Of a stretch of DNA of 64,000 nt, positions 10,932 to 20,862 are shown one piece after another. Under the pieces are notes generated by a model. It was given only the letters and a program-made list of their open reading frames with translations, was not told where the DNA came from and did not search any database. Where the stretch lies: the NCBI GenBank assembly GCA_011088265.1, contig JAALKB010000002.1:5909-69908 (forward strand), written 5' to 3'. A program made the translations under genes and the position numbers. Source of the stretch: Gammaproteobacteria bacterium. Its GTDB lineage: Bacteria; Pseudomonadota; Gammaproteobacteria; Arenicellales; Poriferihabitantaceae. Every line of letters starts with the position of its first letter. The first letter of the stretch is position 1.

Positions 10932-12892
10932 TTACCCGAATATTAAGTCCGATGACAGTACCAGGGGTTTTTGTTTTGTGCTTCCTGCTGATTGCATCAG
11001 TGGTCTTGGCGAATAGTCAAAACGTTGACGCTCAAACATCACAAACCTATATAGACACACAATACTTTGATAGCGAGAATTTTCAACGACTGAACAAAGC
11101 AGTTCCTCCTGCCATTGAACAACGATTGCCTTTGGAACCTGAGGTTGTAAAACTAGCAGAGACTGACAAACTCGAAGGTGTTCATGGTGGCCAACTAAGG
11201 ATGTTAATGGGACGCACAAAAGACATTCGAATGATGATGGTTTATGGATATGCCCGACTGGTTGGATACGATCACGACCTGAATTTCAAAGCGGATATTC
11301 TAAAAAGCTTTGATGTTAGCGAAGGACGCATTTTTACATTTCATTTACGTCAGGGACACAAATGGTCTGACGGTGCGCCCTTTACAAGTGAGGATTTCAG
11401 GTATTTTTGGCAGGACGTGCTTAATAACGACGAGCTCTATCCTTTTGGCATTCCAAAGGTGCTATTGGTTGACAATGAGCCACCTGTAGTTGAATTTCCA
11501 GACGAAACGACAGTTCGGTATAGCTGGAAAAGGCCCAATCCATTTTTCCTGCCAGCCATAGCAGGCCCCAGACCTCTCTTCCTGTATGCCCCGAAACATT
11601 ATTCCAAACAGTTTCATGCCAAATATGCTGACAGGAAAACCCTTGATGAGCTCATCCAAAGCACAGGGGTAAGAAACTGGGCAGGGCTACATCACCGCCA
11701 TAATCATCCTTACAAAAATGACAACCCCAAACTCCCGGTCTTACAGCCCTGGACGAATACCACTCGTCCCCCATCAGAGAGATTCGTTTTCACTCGCAAC
11801 CCTTATTACCATCGTATTGACGAGAGCGGTCGACAACTTCCTTACATCGATGAAGTTATCATTCAAATCACTAGCAAAAGCCTGGTTGCGGCAAAAACAG
11901 GAGCTGGCGAATCAGACCTTCAGGGTCGATATATTCGGTTAGACAACTACACCTTTTTAAAGAGTGGAGAGGAGCGCAATGATTTTTCCGTAAGGTTATG
12001 GAATAACGGAACCGGTGCGCAGCTTGCGATCTACCCAAATCTGAACAGCAATGATCCAGTTTGGCGAAAACTGGTAAGAAACACTGACTTTCGCCGGGCA
12101 CTGTCAATCAGTATTAATAGACGGGAAATAAACCAGGTCATCTATTTCGGCCTTGCGCTCGAATCAAACAATACTGTTCTGCCCCATTGTCCACTTTTCA
12201 AACCGGAATACCAGACGGCATGGTCGCACTATGATATAGATCAGGCGAATGAAATGCTCGATGGACTTGGGTTGACCGAGCGAGATGATCGAGGCATACG
12301 ATTAATGGAGAATGGGGAACCGATAGAAATTATTCTACAGACTGCTGGAGAAAGTACGGAAGAAACCGACATTCTGGAGCTCGTGGGTGAAAGCTGGGGC
12401 AAAGTAGGCATCAAGTTACACACCAAACCGTCACAACGGGAAGTTTTTCGCGACCGGGTATTTTCAGGAGAGGCCATGATGGCGATGTTCAATGGTATCG
12501 ATAATGGCACGCCCACTGCCGACATGAGCCCTGAATCTTTTGCCCCCACTCGCCAAAATCAGCTTCAATGGCCTAAATGGGGTCAGTATGCGGAAAGTAA
12601 TGGGGGCGTCGGCGAGGCTCCGGACATACCTCAGGCAGAACAACTGGTCACACTCTATGATCGCTGGAGTAGATCGAACGGCGCCGATGAAAGAACAAAA
12701 ATTTGGCATGATATGCTAGATATTCATGCTCAACAGGTCTTCAGTATTGGGTTGGTATGCGGCGTCCCGCAACCCATTGTGGTTAATAATCAGTTGAGAA
12801 ACGTGCCTGAAACAGCAAGCTATGGGTGGGAGCCCACTGCTTACTTCGGCGTATACAAGCCAGACACATTCTGGTTTGAGAACCAGGAATAG
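10928..12892 (+). CDS. Periplasmic substrate-binding protein, family 5 (peptide/opine/nickel type), large YejA-like form
   Basis: An N-terminal signal peptide is present. Size and position in the operon fit the family. The start overlaps the ATPase stop by 4 nt (TTG at 10928; an alternative ATG lies at 10952). Confidence 0.8.
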   Translation: MITRILSPMTVPGVFVLCFLLIASVVLANSQNVDAQTSQTYIDTQYFDSENFQRLNKAVPPAIEQRLPLEPEVVKLAETDKLEGVHGGQLRMLMGRTKDIRMMMVYGYARLVGYDHDLNFKADILKSFDVSEGRIFTFHLRQGHKWSDGAPFTSEDFRYFWQDVLNNDELYPFGIPKVLLVDNEPPVVEFPDETTVRYSWKRPNPFFLPAIAGPRPLFLYAPKHYSKQFHAKYADRKTLDELIQSTGVRNWAGLHHRHNHPYKNDNPKLPVLQPWTNTTRPPSERFVFTRNPYYHRIDESGRQLPYIDEVIIQITSKSLVAAKTGAGESDLQGRYIRLDNYTFLKSGEERNDFSVRLWNNGTGAQLAIYPNLNSNDPVWRKLVRNTDFRRALSISINRREINQVIYFGLALESNNTVLPHCPLFKPEYQTAWSHYDIDQANEMLDGLGLTERDDRGIRLMENGEPIEIILQTAGESTEETDILELVGESWGKVGIKLHTKPSQREVFRDRVFSGEAMMAMFNGIDNGTPTADMSPESFAPTRQNQLQWPKWGQYAESNGGVGEAPDIPQAEQLVTLYDRWSRSNGADERTKIWHDMLDIHAQQVFSIGLVCGVPQPIVVNNQLRNVPETASYGWEPTAYFGVYKPDTFWFENQE

Positions 12893-12901
12893 ATCAGATC
12901 C

Positions 12902-13900
12902 ATGTTTCATTACGTTTTTAGGCGTTTGTTGACGATGATCCCAACTTTGTTGGCGATCAGCTTTATCATCTTTGTCATCATACAACTGCCTCCTGGAGAT
13001 TACCTCGAAACTCACATTGCCGAACTTGAGAGTCAGGGAGAATCCGTGGACCCTGACAAAATCAAATTCCTGAGGCAACAATATGGTCTGGATCAGCCAT
13101 TCCTTGTTCAATACTACCACTGGGCCACGGGGTTTTTTGTTGGAGATTTTGGATATTCCTTTGAATACGATCTACCTGTGCGAGAAGTGATGGGCGATCG
13201 GATCTGGCTCACCATTATCGTTTCAATGATCACTATTATCTTTACCTGGGCCATCGCATTCCCAATTGGTATTTATTCCGCTACTCATCAATATAGTTGG
13301 GGAGACTATGGACTCACTTTTCTGGGATTTCTTGGCTTAGCTATTCCCAATTTTCTTCTCGCTCTGGTGATGCTGTATTTCGCGAATGTCTGGTTTGGAA
13401 CCTCTATCGGTGGATTGATGGACTCGCAGTACATGGACCAACCCTGGAGCTGGGGGAAATTCAAATCTGTTTTAGAACATTTATGGATACCCGTTGTTGT
13501 CATCGGAACCTCGGGCACCGCAGGCATGATCAGGCGATTAAGGGCAAATCTTCTCGATGAGTTGGAAAAACAATACGTTCTTACCGGAAAAGCGAAAGGA
13601 TTAGCACCTTCGAAGCTATTGATGAAATACCCTCTTCGTATGTCTTTGAATTTTTTTATCGCTGATATTGGCAGTTTGCTACCCAGTGTCATTTCCGGAG
13701 CTGAGATAACTGCCATTGTGCTTTCCTTACCCACCACCGGGCCAATGTTGCTAAATGCACTACAGAGCCAGGACATGTATCTCGCGGGTACCTTCCTGTT
13801 ATTTCTCGCAATTCTGACTGTGGTCGGAATGCTCATTTCGGATCTTCTGCTCGCCTGGCTCGATCCAAGAATCAGGCTTTATGGGGAGGAAGTAGCATGA
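12902..13900 (+). CDS. ABC transporter permease (DppB/OppB/YejB family)
   Basis: The protein is multi-pass hydrophobic. It has the N-terminal RRLL.MIPTL..IS.I.F motif and a C-terminal DPRIR. Confidence 0.88.
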   Translation: MFHYVFRRLLTMIPTLLAISFIIFVIIQLPPGDYLETHIAELESQGESVDPDKIKFLRQQYGLDQPFLVQYYHWATGFFVGDFGYSFEYDLPVREVMGDRIWLTIIVSMITIIFTWAIAFPIGIYSATHQYSWGDYGLTFLGFLGLAIPNFLLALVMLYFANVWFGTSIGGLMDSQYMDQPWSWGKFKSVLEHLWIPVVVIGTSGTAGMIRRLRANLLDELEKQYVLTGKAKGLAPSKLLMKYPLRMSLNFFIADIGSLLPSVISGAEITAIVLSLPTTGPMLLNALQSQDMYLAGTFLLFLAILTVVGMLISDLLLAWLDPRIRLYGEEVA

Positions 13901-15069
13901 GCACCAACCAACCCGACACTTCTCACACCAGACATTATATTTCCACTGCTAAATTTGATCCCCATTCAGCAGAGAGACTGACTGCGGAACAGGAGAAATA
14001 TTTTTTTGCGTCTCGTCGTCAATTGATGTGGTGGAAACTGAAACGGCACAAACTGGCGGTATTTTCCGGGGCTATTTTATTGATAATGTATGCCTCAACA
14101 TTAGTGTCAGAACTGATTTCTCCCTACAACCTGCATACTCGTCATACCGAATATATTTATGCCCCTCCTCAACAGGTTCATTTTTTTCATGATGGGACTT
14201 TTGTCGGACCATTCGTCTATGGATATGACTACCAGCTAAATATGGAGAATCTAAAAAGAGAGTACACTGAGAATTTTCAGAAAGTTCATCCCTTGCGATT
14301 TTTCTGCAGTGGTGATGAATATCAATTTTGGGGGTTGTTTGAGGCCGACTTTCATTTCTTCTGCCCCGACGAGAACGCCACGTTTTTTGTTTTTGGCACC
14401 GACAGATTGGGCAGAGACGTATTCTCCAGGATCATCTATGGTGCCAGAATCTCTCTGCTAATCGGTCTTGGCGGTATTATCGTCAGTCTCTTTTTAGGTC
14501 TATTGCTTGGCGGCCTGGCGGGTTACTACGGGGGCTGGATAGATTCTTCTGTTCAAAGAACCATAGAAATCATTCGCTCTTTCCCGGAACTTCCACTTTG
14601 GATGGCACTGTCCGCCATCTTACCAGTGACCTGGAGTCCCATTCTGGTTTTCTTCGGCATTACGATTATTCTCGCTCTGCTGGATTGGACCGGACTAGCC
14701 CGGGCAGTTCGGTCCAAGCTGCTTGCTTTAAGAGAAGAGGACTATTGCACAGCGGCAAAATTGATGGGAGCGAAACCGGGTCGAATTATTTCCAGACATC
14801 TCCTGCCTGGTTTTTCCAGTCATATTATTGCATCCGCCACACTGTCAATACCGGGAATGATATTGGGGGAAACGGCATTATCATTTTTAGGGTTAGGATT
14901 AAGGCCGCCTATCACCAGTTGGGGTGTGTTACTTAATGAGGCGCAGAATATTAACGTCGTGGCACTTTATCCCTGGTTAATTTTACCCGTCTTACCCGTC
15001 ATCGTAATTATTCTGGCATTTAACTTCTTTGGGGACGGTTTAAGGGACGCTGCAGATCCCTATAAATAG
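13897..15069 (+). CDS. ABC transporter permease (DppC/OppC/YejE family)
   Basis: The start overlaps the preceding stop by 4 nt. The GTD.LGRD.FSR..YG.R.SL motif and the C-terminal GD.LRDA.DP are present. Confidence 0.88.
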   Translation: MSTNQPDTSHTRHYISTAKFDPHSAERLTAEQEKYFFASRRQLMWWKLKRHKLAVFSGAILLIMYASTLVSELISPYNLHTRHTEYIYAPPQQVHFFHDGTFVGPFVYGYDYQLNMENLKREYTENFQKVHPLRFFCSGDEYQFWGLFEADFHFFCPDENATFFVFGTDRLGRDVFSRIIYGARISLLIGLGGIIVSLFLGLLLGGLAGYYGGWIDSSVQRTIEIIRSFPELPLWMALSAILPVTWSPILVFFGITIILALLDWTGLARAVRSKLLALREEDYCTAAKLMGAKPGRIISRHLLPGFSSHIIASATLSIPGMILGETALSFLGLGLRPPITSWGVLLNEAQNINVVALYPWLILPVLPVIVIILAFNFFGDGLRDAADPYK

Positions 15070-15177
15070 ACACGGAATCGTTCTTGCCAGGAAGAGTTTT
15101 TAACTGGCTATTTCCGGTTTCTATCCGTTTTTCCTCGACAGCCACTGCAACTTTCTCCTTTGAGTTTGAAGATCCAT

Positions 15178-16404
15178 ATGCGCACATCATTAGCTATTGT
15201 TCTCAAAGGGTATCCCAGATTATCCGAAACCTTTATTGCCCAGGAAATTCGCTCGCTAGAGAAACATGGTTTTGACATTACCCTGTATTCCCTTCGAAAG
15301 CCAACCGATGACAAGACTCATCCGATTCATGACGAAATTGATGCGAATCTAGTGTATCTGCCAGAATATCTGTACCAGCAACCCCTTAGGGTGATTAAAT
15401 CTTTCTGGAAGAGGCGCGCGGATATTCTGAAATCGGGTGTAGTGAGCCAGTGGTGGAGGGACTTCAAAAGAGATAGAACTGCCAACCGAATCCGACGGCT
15501 AGGACAGGCAATGGTATTGGCCGCAGAGCTTCCAACCCACATAACACGCGTCTACGTTCATTTTCTCCATACCCCGGCATCCGTAACCCAATACGCATGT
15601 GAAATCCGACAGCTCCCCTGGGCCTGCTCGGCTCATGCCAAAGACATTTGGACTAGCCCTGAGTGGGAATTGGAAGAGAAAATTGATAAATGCAAATGGC
15701 TTACCACTTGCACTCAGGCTAATGTGGAGTATTTGCAGAGAATCAGCCAGCGTCAGGACAAAGTCAAACTTAATTATCATGGACTGGATCTGGACCGGTT
15801 CCCAAGTGATCAAATTGAATTTAGCACGCGTAATGGCGGGGACGCCAATCAGCCCGTTATTCTATTGAGCGTCGGCAGAGCGGTAGCCAAAAAAGGTTAC
15901 ACAGACTTACTTTCAGCGCTTGCTGATGTTCCTCTTCACCTAAATTGGAAATTCATTCACATCGGTGGCGGACCATTGTTAAAGAGCCTACAAACCCAGG
16001 CAAACGCATTACAAATTGCATCAAGAATTGAATGGCTCGGACCGCAGTCCCAGCACACGGTACTACAGCACTATCAATCATCCGACATCTTTATTCTTAA
16101 CTGTCAAATCGATGAGCATGGTGACCGGGACGGACTACCCAATGTTTTGGTGGAAGCCCAGAGTCAGGGCTTACCGGTTATTTCAACTGCTATTTCAGGG
16201 GTACCCGAACTCGTTAAACACACTATCAATGGCTTACTCGTAAAATCGAAGGATCATGAATCATTAAGAGATGGAATCATCCAGCTAATTGTTAACCCGG
16301 AGCTACGTAGACAGCAGGGGTTTGCCGGTAGCCGAATCGTAGAATCTGATTTCGACATGAACAGTAATCATCGAGCATTGCACCACTTGCTGGAAAAATT
16401 ATAG
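15178..16404 (+). CDS. Glycosyltransferase family 4 (WcaL-like)
   Basis: N-terminus LKGYPRLSETFI. The C-terminal GT-B region has E(X7)E-like context (LPNVLVEAQSQGLPVISTAISGVPELV). The ATG at 15178 is preferred over the TTG at 15160. Confidence 0.78.
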   Translation: MRTSLAIVLKGYPRLSETFIAQEIRSLEKHGFDITLYSLRKPTDDKTHPIHDEIDANLVYLPEYLYQQPLRVIKSFWKRRADILKSGVVSQWWRDFKRDRTANRIRRLGQAMVLAAELPTHITRVYVHFLHTPASVTQYACEIRQLPWACSAHAKDIWTSPEWELEEKIDKCKWLTTCTQANVEYLQRISQRQDKVKLNYHGLDLDRFPSDQIEFSTRNGGDANQPVILLSVGRAVAKKGYTDLLSALADVPLHLNWKFIHIGGGPLLKSLQTQANALQIASRIEWLGPQSQHTVLQHYQSSDIFILNCQIDEHGDRDGLPNVLVEAQSQGLPVISTAISGVPELVKHTINGLLVKSKDHESLRDGIIQLIVNPELRRQQGFAGSRIVESDFDMNSNHRALHHLLEKL

Positions 16405-16428
16405 ATTACCTTGAGATTCGGAGAGTAT

Positions 16429-17298
16429 TCAGGGGGAATTCGGATTCTTTGATAACGCTGAATTCAATTCATTAACGATTGCTTCCCTAAGTCGTTGAGG
16501 TAGCAATGGCGTCATGCGGGTGATGAAGGTAACGTCCTTTTTCATCTTAAAAGCCTCCGCTTCTGGCCATTCGCAATGATCTCTGTCCATCAATCCCCGG
16601 TTAATCAGTGTCACCCCCATACCAGATGAAATGATAGATCGAACTCCCTGTAGGCTGGGACACTCCATACAGATAAAATAATCAATCTCGTTCTCGTTGA
16701 GAATCTCAATGGCCGAATTACGGTAGGTGCAATTTGGGGAAAACGTCACCAGGGGAATTGAATCATCCAGAGAGTATTCAATGTCCCGATGTTTAATCCA
16801 GACCAGCTCATCCTCCCAAAGATGAATATCACCCTTATCAATCATAGGGAATTCCAGAGGCAATACGACTACATCTATTTTTCGGTGCTCCAACCAATTC
16901 AATAAGGTGAGCTGCTGCTCAACCTTTAGTTCTAACCTTACTCCTGGATGGCGACGTTGGAATCTGTGCGTAAAACCCGGCAATTGTTCTACCGCAATGT
17001 CATCTGTCACCCCTACCCTAATACGTCCTTCAAGATCGGATAAACGGAACTGCTGCACAGCTTCGTCATGGGTTTTAAGAATGATTTCAGCATACCCCAG
17101 AAGCTGTCTGCCATCTGCTGTTGGCTCTATCTTATGCCCATCCCGGTGTATGAGTTTACGGCCAAGGCGCTGTTCCAGACGTTTTAATTTCCAACTTACT
17201 GCGGAGGGTGTAATTGACAACATTCCAGAAGCTATCGTCAGACTCCCAGTGTCAATGGTGGTCTTTAACGTTCTAAGGGATTCGGTATCGAGCCTCAT
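16429..17298 (-). CDS. LysR-family transcriptional regulator
   Basis: An N-terminal winged helix-turn-helix (L.TIDTGSLT.A...L.ITPSAVS.KLKRLE..LG..L..R) is followed by a C-terminal substrate-binding domain. Confidence 0.9.
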   Translation of the reverse strand: MRLDTESLRTLKTTIDTGSLTIASGMLSITPSAVSWKLKRLEQRLGRKLIHRDGHKIEPTADGRQLLGYAEIILKTHDEAVQQFRLSDLEGRIRVGVTDDIAVEQLPGFTHRFQRRHPGVRLELKVEQQLTLLNWLEHRKIDVVVLPLEFPMIDKGDIHLWEDELVWIKHRDIEYSLDDSIPLVTFSPNCTYRNSAIEILNENEIDYFICMECPSLQGVRSIISSGMGVTLINRGLMDRDHCEWPEAEAFKMKKDVTFITRMTPLLPQRLREAIVNELNSALSKNPNSP

Positions 17299-17306
17299 TG
17301 GTATAT

Positions 17307-17341
17307 TGACAAAATTTTCAGAAATTTAGCTAATTTTGTCA
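17307..17341. promoter_or_regulatory. Perfect 10-bp inverted repeat TGACAAAATT-N15-AATTTTGTCA, a candidate LysR operator or promoter element
   Basis: Read directly. The repeat begins 9 nt upstream of the lysR start codon, in the divergent region towards the aminomethyltransferase gene. The left arm contains TTGACA. Confidence 0.4.
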
Positions 17342-17464
17342 TTTGAGTCACTAAATTAACAGTGTTAATCTCCTAATCCAGAATAATTCGTGATCTTTTA
17401 GCGATATTCTTCGCCATTTCAAATCCACTATATTCACCATAGCGCTCAATAAAGGTAACAAATC

Positions 17465-18649
17465 ATGCAATCCAGCGATGGAAAAACCCGGGATCTCATT
17501 TCTACTATTCCAGGCTCGGGCTGGGATTTCAACATGTCGCGTCATCGATACCATGAAATCGAGCGCCCCTATGGTCCGCACTACACGGTATATAACCGAC
17601 GTTTCATGGCATGCTGTTTCGATAAGATCGACACGGTGGAAGGATATTGGCTATTAAGGAAAAAAGCAGCCGTTTTACATACCGGGGAATTGCCCATTCA
17701 ATTTAAAGGCCCGGATGCGGAGAAACTGCTTAATAAACTATTCACAAAAGATATTACCAAAGCGAAAGTGGGTAGATGTGGATATGGCCTTGCCTGTTAT
17801 GAAGATGGAGGCCTAATTACTGATGGCGTATTTTTGCGCCTTGCCCAGGATTGCTTTTGGCATGTACAGGCGGATGGAGATTTCTATAGTTGGGCCCGCG
17901 CCCATAGCATGGGGATGGATGTCGAAATATCAGACCCCAAAATTAATGTCTCTCAGGTACAAGGCCCTACCGCGATGCAGATCCTTGAAGCTGCGTCAGA
18001 TTCAGGAATGCCTGCGCCATTCGGTTATTTCGGTATTGCCAGAGTTAAATTCGGCGGTCAGGAGGTTGTGATCAGTCGTACTGGATACACGAATGAATTG
18101 GGGTGGGAGTTTTATACCGAACCACACCACGATGCAGACGCTTTGTGGCAGCATTTAACCGAAAAAGGGGCAGAATTTGGTATTGGATTATTTGGACTTG
18201 ATTCCATGCATATTCGACGTATAGAGGCGGGTATCCTCAATGCTGGTTCCGATTTCAATCAATTTACCAATCCTTTCGAAGTGGGATTAGAGAAATTTGT
18301 AGATATGGACAAACCAGACTTTATTGGGAAAACCGCATTACTGAACGCCTCCAGGGGCATACGCTTAACCGGCTTAACCTGTTTGACCGGCGAACCGCAT
18401 ATCGGTGGTGGAATTAAATTGGATAATCAAACCATTGGCATGGTAACCGCCGGGGCTCATTCTCCTTACCTAAAACAGGGAATCGGTATTGCATTAATGC
18501 ATGAGAGTGGGAATTCTGAGGGTCTGGAAGTGAAAATCAAGTGTACTGATGGCTATCTCCACGAAGGAAAGCTAGCCTCTCTTCCTCTTTATGACAAACA
18601 GGCAGAAATTCCCAGAGGAAAAATAACAATGATTCCGGACAGGAGTTAA
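17465..18649 (+). CDS. Aminomethyltransferase-family protein (GcvT/DmdA-like, folate-dependent)
   Basis: The architecture and blocks resemble GcvT-fold demethylases (YTVYN, F.GPDAEKLL, DGG...D.V..RLA.D.FW....D.D, V.GP, SRTGYT.E.G.E.Y). An alternative start lies at 17534 (MSRHRY). Confidence 0.75.
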   Translation: MQSSDGKTRDLISTIPGSGWDFNMSRHRYHEIERPYGPHYTVYNRRFMACCFDKIDTVEGYWLLRKKAAVLHTGELPIQFKGPDAEKLLNKLFTKDITKAKVGRCGYGLACYEDGGLITDGVFLRLAQDCFWHVQADGDFYSWARAHSMGMDVEISDPKINVSQVQGPTAMQILEAASDSGMPAPFGYFGIARVKFGGQEVVISRTGYTNELGWEFYTEPHHDADALWQHLTEKGAEFGIGLFGLDSMHIRRIEAGILNAGSDFNQFTNPFEVGLEKFVDMDKPDFIGKTALLNASRGIRLTGLTCLTGEPHIGGGIKLDNQTIGMVTAGAHSPYLKQGIGIALMHESGNSEGLEVKIKCTDGYLHEGKLASLPLYDKQAEIPRGKITMIPDRS

Positions 18650-18786
18650 GCTAATCCAGGAGTTTTCCGGGCAAAACATCTGATGCCGTAAACAACTAAA
18701 GTGCAGAGAAAAGCAAGCGCATAAAGTGAATGACAAATGGAGTTGTCTTCGCTTTTCATACCGAGTTTCATACCCAGGTAATGATC

Positions 18787-19605
18787 TCAGGAATAAGTGT
18801 GTTCTTCCGAGGGGAAGGTGCCATTTTTTACCGCCGCCACATAATCCCTTAGCGCACCGTGAACACCCTCTGTATTCCCCGCAAGGAAGTTCTTTACGAA
18901 TTTAGCCGTCTTGCCCGGATAGAGACCCAATAAATCATGCCATACCAGTATTTGTCCGTCCGTACCGGGCCCAGCTCCTATTCCGATAACCGGAATATCC
19001 AAACTCTCCGTTAACCATTCACCCAATTTAGCTGGCACACATTCAATTAAAATAACACTGGCGCCCGCCTCCTCTAGCACCTTTGCCTCTTTAATAATGG
19101 CTTGGCCCTGTTCTGGATCTCTTCCCTGAACCCGATAGCCACCCAAATGATTAACCGACTGAGGTGTCAACCCCATATGAGCACAAACCGGAATACCTCT
19201 CTCACTCAACAGTCGTGTGGATTCAGCTAACCAGGCGCCTCCTTCGAGTTTTACCATTTGGGCCCCTTCTCGCATCAGGATTGCTGCATTCTCCAGGCTT
19301 TTTGATGCAGAGTAATAGCTCATGAACGGCAGATCAGCGACCAGCAAGGATCCAAGATTTCCCCGCTTGACACAGCGAACATGGTAAGCCGTATCTTCGA
19401 TGGTTACTGGCAAACTACTATCATGCCCCTGAATTACCATACCAAGAGAATCGCCAACCAATAGAACTTCGACTCCCGCACCACTAGCAGCATGGGCACC
19501 ACAATATTCATAGGCTGTTAACGCCGCAAATTTCTCCCCCGCCTGTTTCATTTTTTTCAACGTATTGATGGTAATACGCTTCTCGTTTTGAGTCTGAATC
19601 GACAT
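18787..19605 (-). CDS. panB: 3-methyl-2-oxobutanoate hydroxymethyltransferase
   Basis: Motifs LTAYEY, LLVGDSLGMV.QGH.S.LPVT and ADLPFMSY are present. The start is chosen at MSIQTQ; the ORF opens at 19683. Confidence 0.9.
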   Translation of the reverse strand: MSIQTQNEKRITINTLKKMKQAGEKFAALTAYEYCGAHAASGAGVEVLLVGDSLGMVIQGHDSSLPVTIEDTAYHVRCVKRGNLGSLLVADLPFMSYYSASKSLENAAILMREGAQMVKLEGGAWLAESTRLLSERGIPVCAHMGLTPQSVNHLGGYRVQGRDPEQGQAIIKEAKVLEEAGASVILIECVPAKLGEWLTESLDIPVIGIGAGPGTDGQILVWHDLLGLYPGKTAKFVKNFLAGNTEGVHGALRDYVAAVKNGTFPSEEHTYS

Positions 19606-19710
19606 ATCAATAACCTGTGAAAAATTTATGGTGATATTATCAGGGACATCGCACTTGCATACCACTGCGAGAACAAAAATCACCTGTCATAAACATCATT
19701 TTTTGAATCA

Positions 19711-20835
19711 GTGAAAATAGCTTTTTATGCACCGATGAAATCGCCTAACCACGGGGTGCCATCCGGTGATCGGTACATCGCCCGACTACTCGTTGAAGCT
19801 CTGCAATACGCAAAATTCGAGGTGGAACTGGCGAGTGAACTAAGGAGCTGGGAGGGACAGGGAGACACCGGGGTGCAAGAGCGAATTGAGCGCGACGGCC
19901 AAAAGGAAGTAAAAAGATTAATCGAATATTATTCCAGTCTGTCTAATGCAGAAAGGCCTGTCGCATGGTTCACCTACCATCTATACCATAAAGCCCCGGA
20001 CTGGATTGGACCAATGGTGTCCGAAGCCCTGTCAATCCCCTATTTCGTTGCGGAGGCATCCGTGGCTCCCAAACAGGCAAAAGGAAATTGGTCGAAGGGT
20101 TATCACTCATCCATCGCCGCATTGAACCAGGCTCAGGCTGTGTTTAGTCTCAACCCAAATGATCTCGAATACCTCACCAGACTGATTCAGCCCAACCCGG
20201 GCTTGGTGAATCTTAAACCCTTTCTCAACATCTCGATCACAAAACACAACAAACAGGAAATACGCCAACGTATTGCCTCGAAAAGAAATATAAATGAAAA
20301 CCACTACTGGCTTTGTACTGTGGCAATGATGCGTAAAGACAGCAAATTGAAATCCTATTTAATGTTGGCTGAGTCCATAAAATTAGTGGAAAGAAAAGAC
20401 TGGCAACTGCTAATTGTAGGTAACGGACCAGCACAGAGCGAAGTGAAATTTGCTTTTGGAGATAATTCCAATGTGCACTTTCTGGGCATCCAGTCAAAGG
20501 AATACATCGAAGAATGCCTTAATGCCAGTGACATCTTCCTATGGCCTGCGATCAATGAGGCTTTTGGTATGTCGGTTCTGGAATCTCTCGCCGCCGGCCT
20601 ACCCGTTATTGCTGGACGTTCGGGTGGCATTAGCCAAATTGTTGATCATCAACAAACGGGCATTTTAATCAATGACATTGATGCTTCAAAACTGGCCCGG
20701 GAGATTGATGATACGTTAAGCCAACCCTCCAGAATCTCCCGCATGTCCGCAAAATCCATTGATAAATATCACACCGAACACTCTCTTGAGATCGGAGCAA
20801 AAACCCTGCAAAAAGAAATCATGAAATACCTGTAG
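19711..20835 (+). CDS. Glycosyltransferase family 4 (group 1), GTG start
   Basis: N-terminus MKIAFYAPMKSPNHGVPSGDRYIARLL. The C-terminus carries GT-B motifs (FLWPAINEAFGMSVLESLAAGLPVIAGRSGG). Confidence 0.78.
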   Translation: MKIAFYAPMKSPNHGVPSGDRYIARLLVEALQYAKFEVELASELRSWEGQGDTGVQERIERDGQKEVKRLIEYYSSLSNAERPVAWFTYHLYHKAPDWIGPMVSEALSIPYFVAEASVAPKQAKGNWSKGYHSSIAALNQAQAVFSLNPNDLEYLTRLIQPNPGLVNLKPFLNISITKHNKQEIRQRIASKRNINENHYWLCTVAMMRKDSKLKSYLMLAESIKLVERKDWQLLIVGNGPAQSEVKFAFGDNSNVHFLGIQSKEYIEECLNASDIFLWPAINEAFGMSVLESLAAGLPVIAGRSGGISQIVDHQQTGILINDIDASKLAREIDDTLSQPSRISRMSAKSIDKYHTEHSLEIGAKTLQKEIMKYL

Positions 20836-20862
20836 GTGATACCCGGTATCGGATTTCTCAAA

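Noticed and set aside
17465-18649. Calling the aminomethyltransferase specifically DmdA (DMSP demethylase).
   Set aside because: The similarity is judged from memory of a few blocks only. The family contains many specificities, and assignment needs a phylogeny, so the call is kept generic.
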